A stretch of DNA of 32,228 nucleotides from an uncultured Candidatus Saccharibacteria bacterium (GCA_964480575.1 CAYZPE010000004.1:1-32228), one strand, 5' to 3'. Shown: positions 4,648 through 14,000, counted from the stretch's first letter. Notes: generated from the letters alone by a model not told the origin. Made by a program: numbers and translations.

Positions 4648-6906
4648 ATGCATCTCAAGAGTCTCGAACTTACCGGCTTTAAATCCTTTGCTAAAAAAGG
4701 GAGTTTGGAATTCACATCCTCAATTACTGCAATCGTGGGACCGAATGGTTCGGGTAAATCAAACGTAGCTGAGTCATTTCGTTTTGTGCTTGGTGAACAG
4801 TCTCTTAAATCTTTGCGCGGTAAAAAAGGTGAAGATATGATTTTTAATGGTTCTGCTGAAGTTCCTCGAGCAAACAAAGCAGGCGTGAAGATTGTTTTTG
4901 ATAATAAAAAAAGACTCCTTAATATTGATTTTGACGAAGTGTCGCTTGAGCGCGCTGTGTATCGCGATGGTGTAAATGAATATTTCATAAACGGAAGCAA
5001 GGTTCGTTTGAAAGATATTGTTGAGCTTCTAGCGGGTGCTCATATTGGGCCTTCGGGACATCATATTATTTCTCAAGGTGAAGCAGATCGTATTTTGAAT
5101 GCCAATATTAAAGAGCGTAAAGTAATGGTTGAGGATGCTCTTGGGCTCAAGATCTATCAATACAAACGTGAGGAAAGTGAAAAGAAATTAGAGAAGACTG
5201 AAGAGAACATAAAACAAGTTGAATCGCTTCGTCGCGAAATTGCGCCGCACATTCGTTTTCTTAAGAAACAAGTTGAGAAAGTAGAAAAAGCTCGAGCTCT
5301 TCGTGAAGAGCTTCAAAATTTGTATAGAGAATATTTGAAGCGTGAATATGAATTCATTGAAGCCGAAAGAGTGCGAATTTCCACAGAGAGAAAAGAGCCT
5401 GAAAAGAAAGCTTCTGATCTAGAGAAAGAGCTTGCAGAGGCTAAACAAATTTTACTTTCCAGTGCTAAAAAAGATGAGAAAAGTGAAGAGATAGTTTCAA
5501 TCGAAGAAGATCTTCAGAAAGTTAGAAAAGAAAAAGAAAATCTCTCTCGTGAAATAGGACGCCTTGAAGGAGAAATTGCTTCACAAGAGCGCATGCTTCA
5601 AAGGCTCGTGAGTGTTGATACTTCTCACGGAACAATTCCTTTCAAAGAGGTTGAGTCTTTTACGGGAAGCATAGAAAACGAGCTCTCTTCGGCTGAATCC
5701 ACAGAGGATTTGAGTGTCGTAAAGAAGACTCTTTCAAATATCAGAGATATTCTCAAAAAATTTATTACCGAGAAAAAAGGAAGTCATAATGCAGATCTGC
5801 GAAAAGAATATGAAGTTGAAATTTCGAACCTAAAAAAACATAAGGAGGAGCTTGAGGAAAAGACAGGGCAGTTTCTAGAAAAAGAAAAGGAGCTCATGGG
5901 GCGCCACAGCTCTCTTCAGAGTGATATCGAGAAAGAAAAAGATTCAAATCGCGATGCTGAAAAGGCAGTTTTTCGCATTATGGCTGATCAGAATAATGTA
6001 AATGTGACTCTCAAGGAACTGGCTGTCGCCGAAGCACGCCTGAAGCTTATTGATGAAGAATTTAAGCGAGAGGTTGCCGAGGGCGCCTCTCTTGTGGGAC
6101 ATACACTTTTACAATACAAAGAATTTCAGATCGTAGGGGCAGATTTTCTAAACGAAGCAAGAAATCTACAAGAAGATCGCAAGCGACAGATAGAGAAAAT
6201 TAAAATTCGACTCGAGGAAGCTGGGGGTGGATCAGCAGAGGAAATAATGAAAGAGTATAACGAAGTAAGTGAACGTGATGTTTTTCTTGCGAAAGAGCTT
6301 GAAGATTTAGAGAAATCAAGCGCATCACTCAGGGTTCTAATTACTGAACTCCAAGAGAAGCTCGATACGCAGTTTAAGGAAGGAGTAGAAAAAATAAATA
6401 CTCAGTTTCAAGAATTTTTTGCACTGATGTTCGGAGGAGGTAGTGCCAAGCTTTCTGTTATTAAAGAAAAGAAGCGCAGACGTGGAGCTCTCGAATCTGC
6501 ATTAGAGGATGGTGAAAGCGAAGGGTTGGTTACAGAAGAGGAGGAAACTGAAGAGGGAATTGATATTGATGTTTCTCTGCCACGAAAGAAAACAAAAGGT
6601 CTCATGATGCTCTCTGGTGGTGAGCGTGCACTTACTTCGATTGCACTTCTGTTTGCAGTGTCTCAAGTAAACCCACCACCGTTTATCATTCTCGATGAAA
6701 CAGATGCGGCGCTCGATGAAGCAAATTCTAAAAAATACGGAGATATGGTAGCAAGTCTTTCAAAACACTCTCAGCTTATTTTAATTACTCATAATAGAGA
6801 AACAATGTCCCGAGCAGGTGTTATCTACGGAGTGACAATGGGTGGAGGTGGAGTGTCTAGGCTTCTTTCGATCGCATTTGAGGAAGCTCAAGTTGTCGCA
6901 AAATAG
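4648..6906 (+). CDS. smc: SMC-family chromosome partition ATPase, unusually short (752 aa)
   Basis: The N-terminus LELTGFKSF...GPNGSGKSN is the SMC head with Walker A. The C-terminus LSGGERALTSIALLFA...IILDETDAALD gives the signature motif and Walker B. The middle is E/K-rich coiled coil. No hinge-like segment was recognised. Confidence 0.85.
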   Translation: MHLKSLELTGFKSFAKKGSLEFTSSITAIVGPNGSGKSNVAESFRFVLGEQSLKSLRGKKGEDMIFNGSAEVPRANKAGVKIVFDNKKRLLNIDFDEVSLERAVYRDGVNEYFINGSKVRLKDIVELLAGAHIGPSGHHIISQGEADRILNANIKERKVMVEDALGLKIYQYKREESEKKLEKTEENIKQVESLRREIAPHIRFLKKQVEKVEKARALREELQNLYREYLKREYEFIEAERVRISTERKEPEKKASDLEKELAEAKQILLSSAKKDEKSEEIVSIEEDLQKVRKEKENLSREIGRLEGEIASQERMLQRLVSVDTSHGTIPFKEVESFTGSIENELSSAESTEDLSVVKKTLSNIRDILKKFITEKKGSHNADLRKEYEVEISNLKKHKEELEEKTGQFLEKEKELMGRHSSLQSDIEKEKDSNRDAEKAVFRIMADQNNVNVTLKELAVAEARLKLIDEEFKREVAEGASLVGHTLLQYKEFQIVGADFLNEARNLQEDRKRQIEKIKIRLEEAGGGSAEEIMKEYNEVSERDVFLAKELEDLEKSSASLRVLITELQEKLDTQFKEGVEKINTQFQEFFALMFGGGSAKLSVIKEKKRRRGALESALEDGESEGLVTEEEETEEGIDIDVSLPRKKTKGLMMLSGGERALTSIALLFAVSQVNPPPFIILDETDAALDEANSKKYGDMVASLSKHSQLILITHNRETMSRAGVIYGVTMGGGGVSRLLSIAFEEAQVVAK

Positions 6907-7002
6907 GAATTTATCACAATACTCAGAAATGTGTAATCAATATTCAGACTTAATTTCTCATATTGTCGTACGTGCGGCACTGTGAGAAAAAGGTGATGGG
7001 TG

Positions 7003-7023
7003 TTTATTTTTAGTAAAAATAAA
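7003..7023. repeat. 21-bp AT-only palindrome TTTATTTTTA-g-TAAAAATAAA
   Basis: Direct reading. It lies in the convergent smc/rnr intergenic region. Confidence 0.6.
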
Positions 7024-7030
7024 TGAAAGA

Positions 7031-7064
7031 AAAACCACCGAAGCTGTAAGTTTCGGTGGTTTTT
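7031..7064. terminator. Bidirectional intrinsic terminator between convergent smc and rnr
   Basis: AAAACCACCGAA (7031-7042) pairs with TTCGGTGGTTTT (7053-7064). An A-run and a T-run flank the GC core. Confidence 0.75.
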
Positions 7065-7089
7065 GTCATTTGAAATTCTTTAGTATATT

Positions 7090-9117
7090 TTAGTTGACTA
7101 AAAGGTAATCAAGCGTTCGTCTTTCCAAATCTCCTCCGACAACCTTGAATCGTACTCTGTCCCCTAGGGTATATTTCTTTTTGGTTTTTTGTCCGATGAT
7201 TGCGTAGTTTTTTTGATCAAGACTATAGAAGTCGTCTTTAAGGTCTCGGAGTTTTACCATGCCTTCGCACTTGGTATTTGCTTCTTCAACATAAATACCC
7301 CATTCAGTAACGCCTGAAATGATACCGTCAAATGTTTCGCCGATGCGAGCCTTCATGTACTCAACCTGCTTTAGTTTAATACTTGCTCGTTCAGCTTCTG
7401 CGGCGCGCACTTCGTTTTCTGAAGACTCGGTTGCCATTTTTTGATAGCGAGCCATTTCATCGTGTGGAAGTTTTTTTCCTGAGAGATGTTCAAAAAGTAC
7501 ACGGTGTACCAAAAGGTCCGGGTATCGGCGAATAGGTGAGGTGAAGTGAGTGTAATACTGGAACGCTAATCCAAAGTGTCCAATGTTTCCTGTTGAGTAA
7601 ACAGCTTTTGACATTGATCGTATGGCAGCTGTTTTAATGAGTCCTTCTTCAGCTTTTCCTTCAATTTTTTTGAGAACAGCAGCAATATCTTTTGAAGAAA
7701 TTTTATCTGATACATTTAGTTCGTATCCAAGTGCACGGAGAAAAACAGAAAGGTTTGTAAGTTTTTCCCTGTCTGGTTTGTCGTGGATGCGGTAGAGGAA
7801 TGAAAGAGGGAGTTTGTGTTTTTTCTGTGCGGTAAAGAAGAACTCTGCAACTTCGCGGTTTGCGAGAAGCATAAATTCTTCAACGAGTTTATGGGTGTCG
7901 AGGCGCTCTTTTTTGTAGACACGAATAGGTGTGCCTTTTTCATCAAGTACAAACTTTACTTCTTCGGCTTCAAAGTCTATAGCGCCCAATCTAAACTTCT
8001 CTTCTCGTAGAACTTCCGCAATACTCCACAGAGTTTGAAGTTCTTCTGTGTACTCACCGCTTTTTGTATCGAGGCTTTCTTGTGCTGCTTCGTATGAAAA
8101 GCGTTTTGTTGAATTGATGATTGTTTTTCCAAACCAACGATCTTTAATGTGAACAGCCTTATCGTTTGTATGCTCAATGGTAAATACAGCAGAGAATGTG
8201 AGGCGCGGAACTTTTTCATTTAAACTACAAAGGTTATTTGAAAGAATTTCCGGAAGCATCGGAATGGTGCGGTCGACGAGGTATACCGAGCATCCGCGTT
8301 TTCGGCCTTCTTTGTCTAAGGCAGATCCTTCGGTTACATAATGAGACACGTCGGCAATGTGAACTCCGATCTCGTAGGTCTTTGGGCCAACTTCTCTAAT
8401 TGAAATTGCATCATCAAAGTCTTTGGCATCCACTGGGTCAATCGTAAATGTGAGGATGTCTCTAAAATCACGACGTTTCGTTGCTTCTTTGTCCCAATAA
8501 TCTGGAGCCTCACTTTCTTTTTTGAGACGAATCGCTTCTGCATCAACTTCATAAGGGAAATCAATTTCAAAACCTTTATCAAACACAATTGATTCTATTT
8601 CAGCATTATGCTCACCTTTCTTGCCGATACGCTTGATAAGCTTCCCGAGAGGGGTTTTATCTTTCCACTCGTTAATTTTTACCAGCACTTTTTCTTGCTC
8701 AAGAACAGTCTTTGCATCAGTGCCTTCAAGTTCGATTGGAGCATACATTCTCTTGTCGTCTGCAGTAACAAACACTTTTCCATTCTGCTTTGATACTGTT
8801 CCTACAAACTCAATTTTTGCTCGGCGGACAACATTAAGAACTTTGCCTTGAGTTCGGCCTTTTATTTTCTGTCCTAAAATTTCAACTTTAACCTCGTCTT
8901 TATGTAAGGCGTTTTTGAGATTTTCATTTTGGATCTCGATATCTTCTGGGAAATTCTCTACTTCAAGATATCCATCGCCTCGAGAGGAGATTGAAATGGT
9001 GCCGCTTACTATTCCGGTTGTATCAGATACTTCTGGTTTTTCTTCGTTTTTTTTATCTCCAAACTGCGGTTTGTTTTTGTGTGGGTTATTATTTTTTTCA
9101 GAATGAGTCTTTTTCAT
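7090..9117 (-). CDS. rnr: Ribonuclease R (RNB-family 3'-5' exoribonuclease with a C-terminal S1 domain)
   Basis: RNB motifs DAKDFDDAISI and HFGLAFQYYTHFTSPIRRYPDLLVHR, with an S1-like C-terminus. The start was moved to MKKTHSEK (complement of 9115-9117) because an extended -10 sits 6 nt upstream of it. Confidence 0.9.
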   Translation of the reverse strand: MKKTHSEKNNNPHKNKPQFGDKKNEEKPEVSDTTGIVSGTISISSRGDGYLEVENFPEDIEIQNENLKNALHKDEVKVEILGQKIKGRTQGKVLNVVRRAKIEFVGTVSKQNGKVFVTADDKRMYAPIELEGTDAKTVLEQEKVLVKINEWKDKTPLGKLIKRIGKKGEHNAEIESIVFDKGFEIDFPYEVDAEAIRLKKESEAPDYWDKEATKRRDFRDILTFTIDPVDAKDFDDAISIREVGPKTYEIGVHIADVSHYVTEGSALDKEGRKRGCSVYLVDRTIPMLPEILSNNLCSLNEKVPRLTFSAVFTIEHTNDKAVHIKDRWFGKTIINSTKRFSYEAAQESLDTKSGEYTEELQTLWSIAEVLREEKFRLGAIDFEAEEVKFVLDEKGTPIRVYKKERLDTHKLVEEFMLLANREVAEFFFTAQKKHKLPLSFLYRIHDKPDREKLTNLSVFLRALGYELNVSDKISSKDIAAVLKKIEGKAEEGLIKTAAIRSMSKAVYSTGNIGHFGLAFQYYTHFTSPIRRYPDLLVHRVLFEHLSGKKLPHDEMARYQKMATESSENEVRAAEAERASIKLKQVEYMKARIGETFDGIISGVTEWGIYVEEANTKCEGMVKLRDLKDDFYSLDQKNYAIIGQKTKKKYTLGDRVRFKVVGGDLERRTLDYLLVN

Positions 9118-9123
9118 ATAGGG

Positions 9124-9152
9124 ACTATAGCAAAATAGCGCCAAATTGACCA
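9124..9152 (-). promoter_or_regulatory. rnr promoter: TGGTCA, 17-nt spacer, TGcTATAGT, 6 nt to the ATG (leaderless-type)
   Basis: The minus strand reads TGGTCA (9152-9147) ... TGcTATAGT (9132-9124) ccctat ATG (9117). Confidence 0.5.
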
Positions 9153-9174
9153 TTTAATAATGATCTGCTATTAT
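9146..9174 (+). promoter_or_regulatory. rpsP promoter: TTGACC, 17-nt spacer, TGcTATTAT, 7 nt to the ATG (leaderless-type)
   Basis: TTGACC at 9146-9151, TG at 9166-9167, TATTAT at 9169-9174, then ctttcgc and ATG at 9182. No SD. Confidence 0.6.
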
Positions 9175-9181
9175 CTTTCGC

Positions 9182-9550
9182 ATGTTAAAAATCAGATTAC
9201 AGAGAACAGGCCGAAAGCACGAAACTACTTTTCGTATTGTTTTAACTGATTCTCAAAACAGCCCAAAGAGTGGCCGATACTTGGAAGTTCTTGGAAATTA
9301 CGACCCTCGAAAAACTAATGAGCAGATCAAGGAAGATCGTGTGAAATTCTGGATATCTAAAGGTGCACAACTTTCTGATACTCTCCACAATATGTTTATT
9401 GAGAAAAAGATTATCGAAGGAAAGAAAGTAAACGCACTTCCTAAGAGGACTCCAATCAAGAAAGAGACTCCAGTCGGTGAAACTCCTGAAGTAAAAGCTG
9501 AAGCTCCAAAAGAAGAGCCAAAGAAAGAGGAAGTAGCTCCTGCAGCTTAA
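9182..9550 (+). CDS. rpsP: 30S ribosomal protein S16 with a K/E/P-rich C-terminal extension
   Basis: MLKIRLQRTGRKHETTFRIVLTDS...YLEVLGNYDP is canonical S16. The last ~40 aa (KKETPVGETPEVKAEAPKEEPKKEE...) form a low-complexity tail. Confidence 0.95.
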   Translation: MLKIRLQRTGRKHETTFRIVLTDSQNSPKSGRYLEVLGNYDPRKTNEQIKEDRVKFWISKGAQLSDTLHNMFIEKKIIEGKKVNALPKRTPIKKETPVGETPEVKAEAPKEEPKKEEVAPAA

Positions 9551-9567
9551 ATTTAAACTGAGCAGTA

Positions 9568-9595
9568 TTGATTTTAGGGTCACATTTGCTACAAT
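9568..9595 (+). promoter_or_regulatory. Internal promoter for the KH-protein/trmD unit: TTGATT, 16-nt spacer, TGcTACAAT
   Basis: TTGATT at 9568-9573, TG at 9587-9588, TACAAT at 9590-9595. It predicts a leader of about 75 nt. Confidence 0.5.
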
Positions 9596-9677
9596 TGGAC
9601 GAGCAGTAAACCGCGGAAGTTTTTAATACCGCTACGGGTCGAACTACTGCACGATTTAGTACATACATACACTTAAA

Positions 9678-9995
9678 ATGTCTACTACTGAAAACGATAA
9701 GCAGTTTCTAGAATTTGTAGTAAAATCTCTTCTGGATTTTCCAGATGATGTAAAAATCAATCGGACAGTTGATGAAATGGGAGTTCTTATGACTCTTGAT
9801 GTGAACCCAGCGGATATGGGTAAAATCATTGGCCGATCTGGCAACACTGCAAAAGCTATCAGAACTCTTCTTCGAGTGGTTGGAATGAAGAATAACGCTC
9901 GCGTTAATCTTAAGATCAACGAACCAGAAGGAGGTAAGCGATCTGAGTCAGCAACAAAGACTGTTGATGAGGCTATGGCAGACCTGAAGATATAA
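9678..9995 (+). CDS. khpA: KH-domain RNA-binding protein (UPF0109 / KhpA-like)
   Basis: GKIIGRSGNTAKAIRTLL contains the KH GxxG loop. The gene sits in the conserved position between rpsP and trmD. Confidence 0.8.
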   Translation: MSTTENDKQFLEFVVKSLLDFPDDVKINRTVDEMGVLMTLDVNPADMGKIIGRSGNTAKAIRTLLRVVGMKNNARVNLKINEPEGGKRSESATKTVDEAMADLKI

Positions 9996-10012
9996 TCTCT
10001 AAATTTCAAAAG

Positions 10013-10046
10013 AAAAACTCCACATGCATTGTGGAGTTTTTCTTTT
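10013..10046 (+). terminator. Intrinsic terminator after the KH-domain gene
   Basis: AAAAACTCCACA (10013-10024) pairs with TGTGGAGTTTTT (10030-10041), loop tgcat, followed by CTTTT. Confidence 0.75.
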
Positions 10047-10092
10047 GCTTTTTTAGGCTTAAGGCTTTAAGCTGACAGCCACAACCTTAAAT

Positions 10093-10758
10093 ATGAATTT
10101 TCACATAATCACACTTTTCCCAGATGCATTCACTTCGTATCTTGGAGAATCAATACTTAAGAGAGCGATTGAGGATGAAAAGATTCATGTCTTTTTTTAT
10201 GACCCAAAAGATTATGAAAGCGATTCAAAGAAACGCCTCGATGATAAACCATATGGCGGGGGACCTGGAATGGTAATTCGAGCTCTTCCAGTCGTCCAAG
10301 CTATTGAAAAAGCTTTTGAAAATGCTTCAAATCTAAAAGCTGAAAGCCAGAAGCTCAAAGTTAAGGTTATCTGGCTTTCACCGAGCGCTACTCAATTTAC
10401 AAATGAGTATGCAGGCAAGACAGCAAAAAAATACACAGATATTATTATTGTGTGTGGTCGCTATGAAGGAATTGATGCTCGAGTTAAAAAAGTTTTTAAA
10501 GGAGATGAATTGTCGGTCGGCCCATTTGTTCTTACTGGAGGAGAACTTCCTGCAATGTTAATAATCGATGTAATGTCTCGGCAGGTTTCTGGAGTTTTAG
10601 GGGATATCAATTCTCTCGAGGAGTCTCGTATTACATCACCTGACTCATATACTCGTCCTGAGGTTTTTGAGCATAAAGGCAAGAAATATAAGGTACCGAA
10701 GGTTCTTCTCTCTGGTGATCATAAAAAGATAGATGAATGGCGAAAAGGCCTTAAATAG
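10093..10758 (+). CDS. trmD: tRNA (guanine37-N1)-methyltransferase
   Basis: The N-terminus FHIITLFPDAF, plus GRYEGIDARV and LTGGELPAM, are TrmD motifs. Confidence 0.95.
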   Translation: MNFHIITLFPDAFTSYLGESILKRAIEDEKIHVFFYDPKDYESDSKKRLDDKPYGGGPGMVIRALPVVQAIEKAFENASNLKAESQKLKVKVIWLSPSATQFTNEYAGKTAKKYTDIIIVCGRYEGIDARVKKVFKGDELSVGPFVLTGGELPAMLIIDVMSRQVSGVLGDINSLEESRITSPDSYTRPEVFEHKGKKYKVPKVLLSGDHKKIDEWRKGLK

Positions 10759-10809
10759 AGCTCATTTAGAGTTATTCACACATTCTTCATAAAAAGGTGT
10801 AAAACTCTC

Positions 10810-10837
10810 TTGACGACGTATTCAATATCTGTATACT
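10810..10837 (+). promoter_or_regulatory. Promoter upstream of the rpoB leader: TTGACG, 16-nt spacer, TATACT
   Basis: TTGACG at 10810-10815 and TATACT at 10832-10837. The TSS is expected near 10843-10845. Confidence 0.5.
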
Positions 10838-10842
10838 TACCC

Positions 10843-10996
10843 ACACTACTTGCAAGATTGAGTTTAGGGATGACTCAAGTGGGGAATTTAGAAAGTGTCC
10901 TGTGGCCGGGACTAAAAAGTTCGCTTGCTAAAACTACATTAATACAAAGAGAAAGAAATACGTTCCTTACGTGGGTAAGGACGCTTTTTTATTTTT
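10843..10996 (+). promoter_or_regulatory. Structured rpoB leader of about 150 nt (or a short RNA) ending in an intrinsic terminator
   Basis: Local helices: TTGAGT (10858-10863) / ACTCAA (10873-10878), and GTCC (10897-10900) / GGAC (10909-10912). The terminator is at 10961-10996. No coding potential is credible, because the track ORF 10810-11067 spans both the promoter and the terminator. Confidence 0.5.
10961..10996 (+). terminator. Intrinsic terminator / attenuator 46 nt upstream of the rpoB start
   Basis: CGTTCCTTAC (10961-10970) pairs with GTAAGGACG (10975-10983), 9 bp with one bulge, loop gtgg, followed by CTTTTTTATTTTT. Confidence 0.65.
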
Positions 10997-11041
10997 GTAG
11001 TTCATTATTAATTCATTTTCATGCATATGGGAGGAGCAACA

Positions 11042-14000
11042 ATGAAGAGAGGTGTTGTCGCGGATAAGCGTCCAAAGAAATTCTTCGGACGTTTCAAAGA
11101 GCCGCTTGTTGATATGCCAAATCTCGTTGAGACGCAAACCACGTCTTATGATTGGCTTATGAAAGAAGGACTTAAAGAAGTCTTTCAGGAATTTTCATCT
11201 ATAAAAGATTATTCAGGCAAAAAATTTACTCTCGACTTTACAGGCTTTGAACTTGGACTTCCTAAGTACGATGAGTATTATGCAAAGGAGAACAAAATGA
11301 CCTATGAGGCTCCCCTCAAGGTTAAGATTCGTCTTCAGAATCACACAATGGCAACAGATAAGGAGCAGGAACTTTTCCTTGCTGATTTTCCGTTGATGAC
11401 TACTCACGGCACATTCGTTGTTGGTGGTATTGAGCGCGTTATTGTGCCACAGCTCGCTCGTTCTTTCGGAGCTTTTTTTACAGCTCAAGAAATTCGTACA
11501 AAAAAGCACTTTGGAGCAAAGATCATCCCTGCCCGTGGTGTTTGGATTGAAATTGAAACAGATGCTGATGGAGTTTTCTATGTTCGTATTGATAGAAAGC
11601 GAAAATTTGCTGTCACATCTCTTCTTCGCGCTCTCGGTGCCCACACAAAAGAGGAAATACTTGCTTTGTTTAAGGATAATGAACAAGCTCGTCTTGCAAT
11701 TGAAAAAACTCTTGCAAAAGATACTGCTAAAACAGCAGATGAGTCATATATTGAAATTCACAAAAAACTTCGCGATGGAGATTTGGCAACTGCCCAAAAC
11801 GCGCGAGATTTCGTAACTGCTATTTTCGACAAAGAACGATACGACCTTTCAAGGGTTGGACGTTTTCGTTTTAACAAACGCTTCAGTAAAGATTTGGACA
11901 AAAAAGAAATTGAGAGAAAGACACTCAATCTTCACGATCTCACAACTATTATTTCTCACGTCGCAACTCTCAATAATACTCCTGGTGCACATGAGGATGA
12001 TATTGATCACCTCGGTTCTCGTCGTGTTCGTTTCGTAGGTGAGCTTCTTCAGCAGAAGATTCGTGTTGGTATGTCACAGATCAAGAGAAACATTCAAAAC
12101 AGAATGTCGACAATTGAATCGAACGTGATTCTGCCAGTTCAGTTCATCAGCCCAAAACCTCTTCAGGCTCGTATTAAGGAGTTCTTTGCTACGAACCAAC
12201 TTTCACAATTTATGGCGCAGGAAAACGCACTTACGGAAATCGAGCATCTTCGAACTCTGTCTGCTCTTGGACCTGGAGGTCTCAATCGTAACCGTGCTGG
12301 TTTCGAAGTCCGTGACGTGCACTCATCTCACTATGGAAGACTCTGTCCGATTCACACACCTGAAGGTGCAAACATTGGTCTTATTTTACGTCTTTCTGTG
12401 TATGCTCGCGTAAATGATTTTGGAATGATTGAAACTCCATACGCGAAAGTAAAAAATGGAAAGATCACAAAAGAAATTGATTACTTAAATGCGCTTGAAG
12501 AAGAAAACTTCAAGATTGCTCATGCTGCAACTCCTTACGATGCAGAGGGAAAAATCACAGGCGAAACAGTTGAAGTTCGTGTGAACGGTAAGCCAACAAT
12601 CGTGGCTCGTGATGAGATCAACTATATTGACGTTGCAACCAACCAAGCATTCTCGATCGCAACTTCGATGATCCCATTTCTAAACCATGACGATGCAAAC
12701 CGAGCGCTCATGGGTTCGAACATGCAGAAGCAAGCAACACCTTGTATTATCCCTGAAGCTCCTCTTGTTGCGACAGGTATTGAGCATGCAGTTGTTGATA
12801 CAGGACGCCTTGTTGTAGCGGCTGAAGAAGGAACTGTTACTCATGTAGATGGAAAATCTATTGCGGTAAAAAATTCTAAAGGTAAAGATCATGTTTATAA
12901 TCTCGTAACATTCTCACGAACAAACGGATTTACAGCTTTCCATCAGCGACCAGTGGTGTCTCTAGGAGATAAAGTTAAGAAAGGTGCTCTTCTCGCTGAC
13001 ACCTCATCATCTGATAAGGGTGAAATGGCGCTTGGTCAGAATATTCTCGTAGGATTTATGTCATGGTCTGGTTCAAACTATGAAGACGCTATTATTGTTT
13101 CTGAACGACTTGTAAAGAACAGTAAATTTACTTCAATTCATATCGAAGAATTTGTAGTGAATGTTCGCGATACTAAACTCGGTCCTGAGGTTACTACCTG
13201 CGACATTCCAAACGTTGGAGAAGTAAAACTTAAAAATCTTGATGAAGATGGAATTATTCGTGTGGGAGCAGAAGTTCGCCCAGGCGATATTTTGGTTGGA
13301 AAAATTACTCCAAAAGGTGAAACACAACTTACTCCAGAAGAAAGATTACTTCGATCACTTTTCGGTGAAAAGGCTCGCGATGTAAAAGATACATCAAAGA
13401 GAATGGAAAACGGAAAGCGTGGACGTATTGTTAAAGTTCAAGTTTTCTCTCGTGAAAAAGGCGATAAACTCGAAAGTGGTATAATTAAGAGAATACACAT
13501 TGAGATCGCACAACTCCGCGTACTTTCAGTGGGAGATAAGCTTGCAGGACGCCATGGTAACAAAGGTGTTATTTCGAAGGTTCTTCCTGAAGAAGATATG
13601 CCATATATGCCAGACGGACGACCGATAGATATCATCCTTACTCCGCTTGGTGTGCCATCACGTATGAACTTGGGACAGATTCTCGAGCTCCATCTTGGTT
13701 TGGCTGCGAATACTTTAAACTATCAGGCTATTGTTCCACCATTTGCTGGTGCGACAGAAACTGAAATCAAGGAAGAGCTTGTAAAGGCTGGATTTTCTGC
13801 AGATGGAAAAACAGTTCTCTTTGATGGACGAACAGGTGAAGCCTTTGAACAGAAAATTGCAATCGGATATATGTACATCTTGAAGCTTCACCATATGGTG
13901 GAAGACAAGATTCATATGCGTTCAATTGGTCCTTACTCTCTTATTACTCAGCAGCCACTTGGAGGTAAAGCTCAAGGTGGAGGTCAGCGATTTGGAGAAA

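Noticed and set aside
7716-9106. Several 60-84-aa ORFs on both strands inside rnr (for example 7716-7952, 7977-8219, 8334-8588, 8621-8851 and 8915-9106).
   Set aside because: They lie entirely within a well-supported RNase R reading frame, have low-complexity compositions and lack start signals. These are typical shadow ORFs of an AT-rich gene.
9242-10009. Minus-strand ORFs of 113, 70 and 117 aa opposite rpsP and the KH-protein gene.
   Set aside because: They are shadow ORFs of the lysine/glutamate-rich coding strand, with no independent signals.
11021-11041. An rpoB start at ATG 11021 (MHMGGATMKRG...).
   Set aside because: GGAGGAG at 11029-11035 lies inside that extension and is correctly spaced for ATG 11042. 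The extra residues would simply be the translated SD.
10810-11067. An 85-aa plus-strand ORF in the trmD-rpoB spacer.
   Set aside because: It begins at a TTG that is the -35 box of the predicted promoter. It then runs through the intrinsic terminator and into rpoB out of frame. It has no SD, so I treat the region as a non-coding leader.
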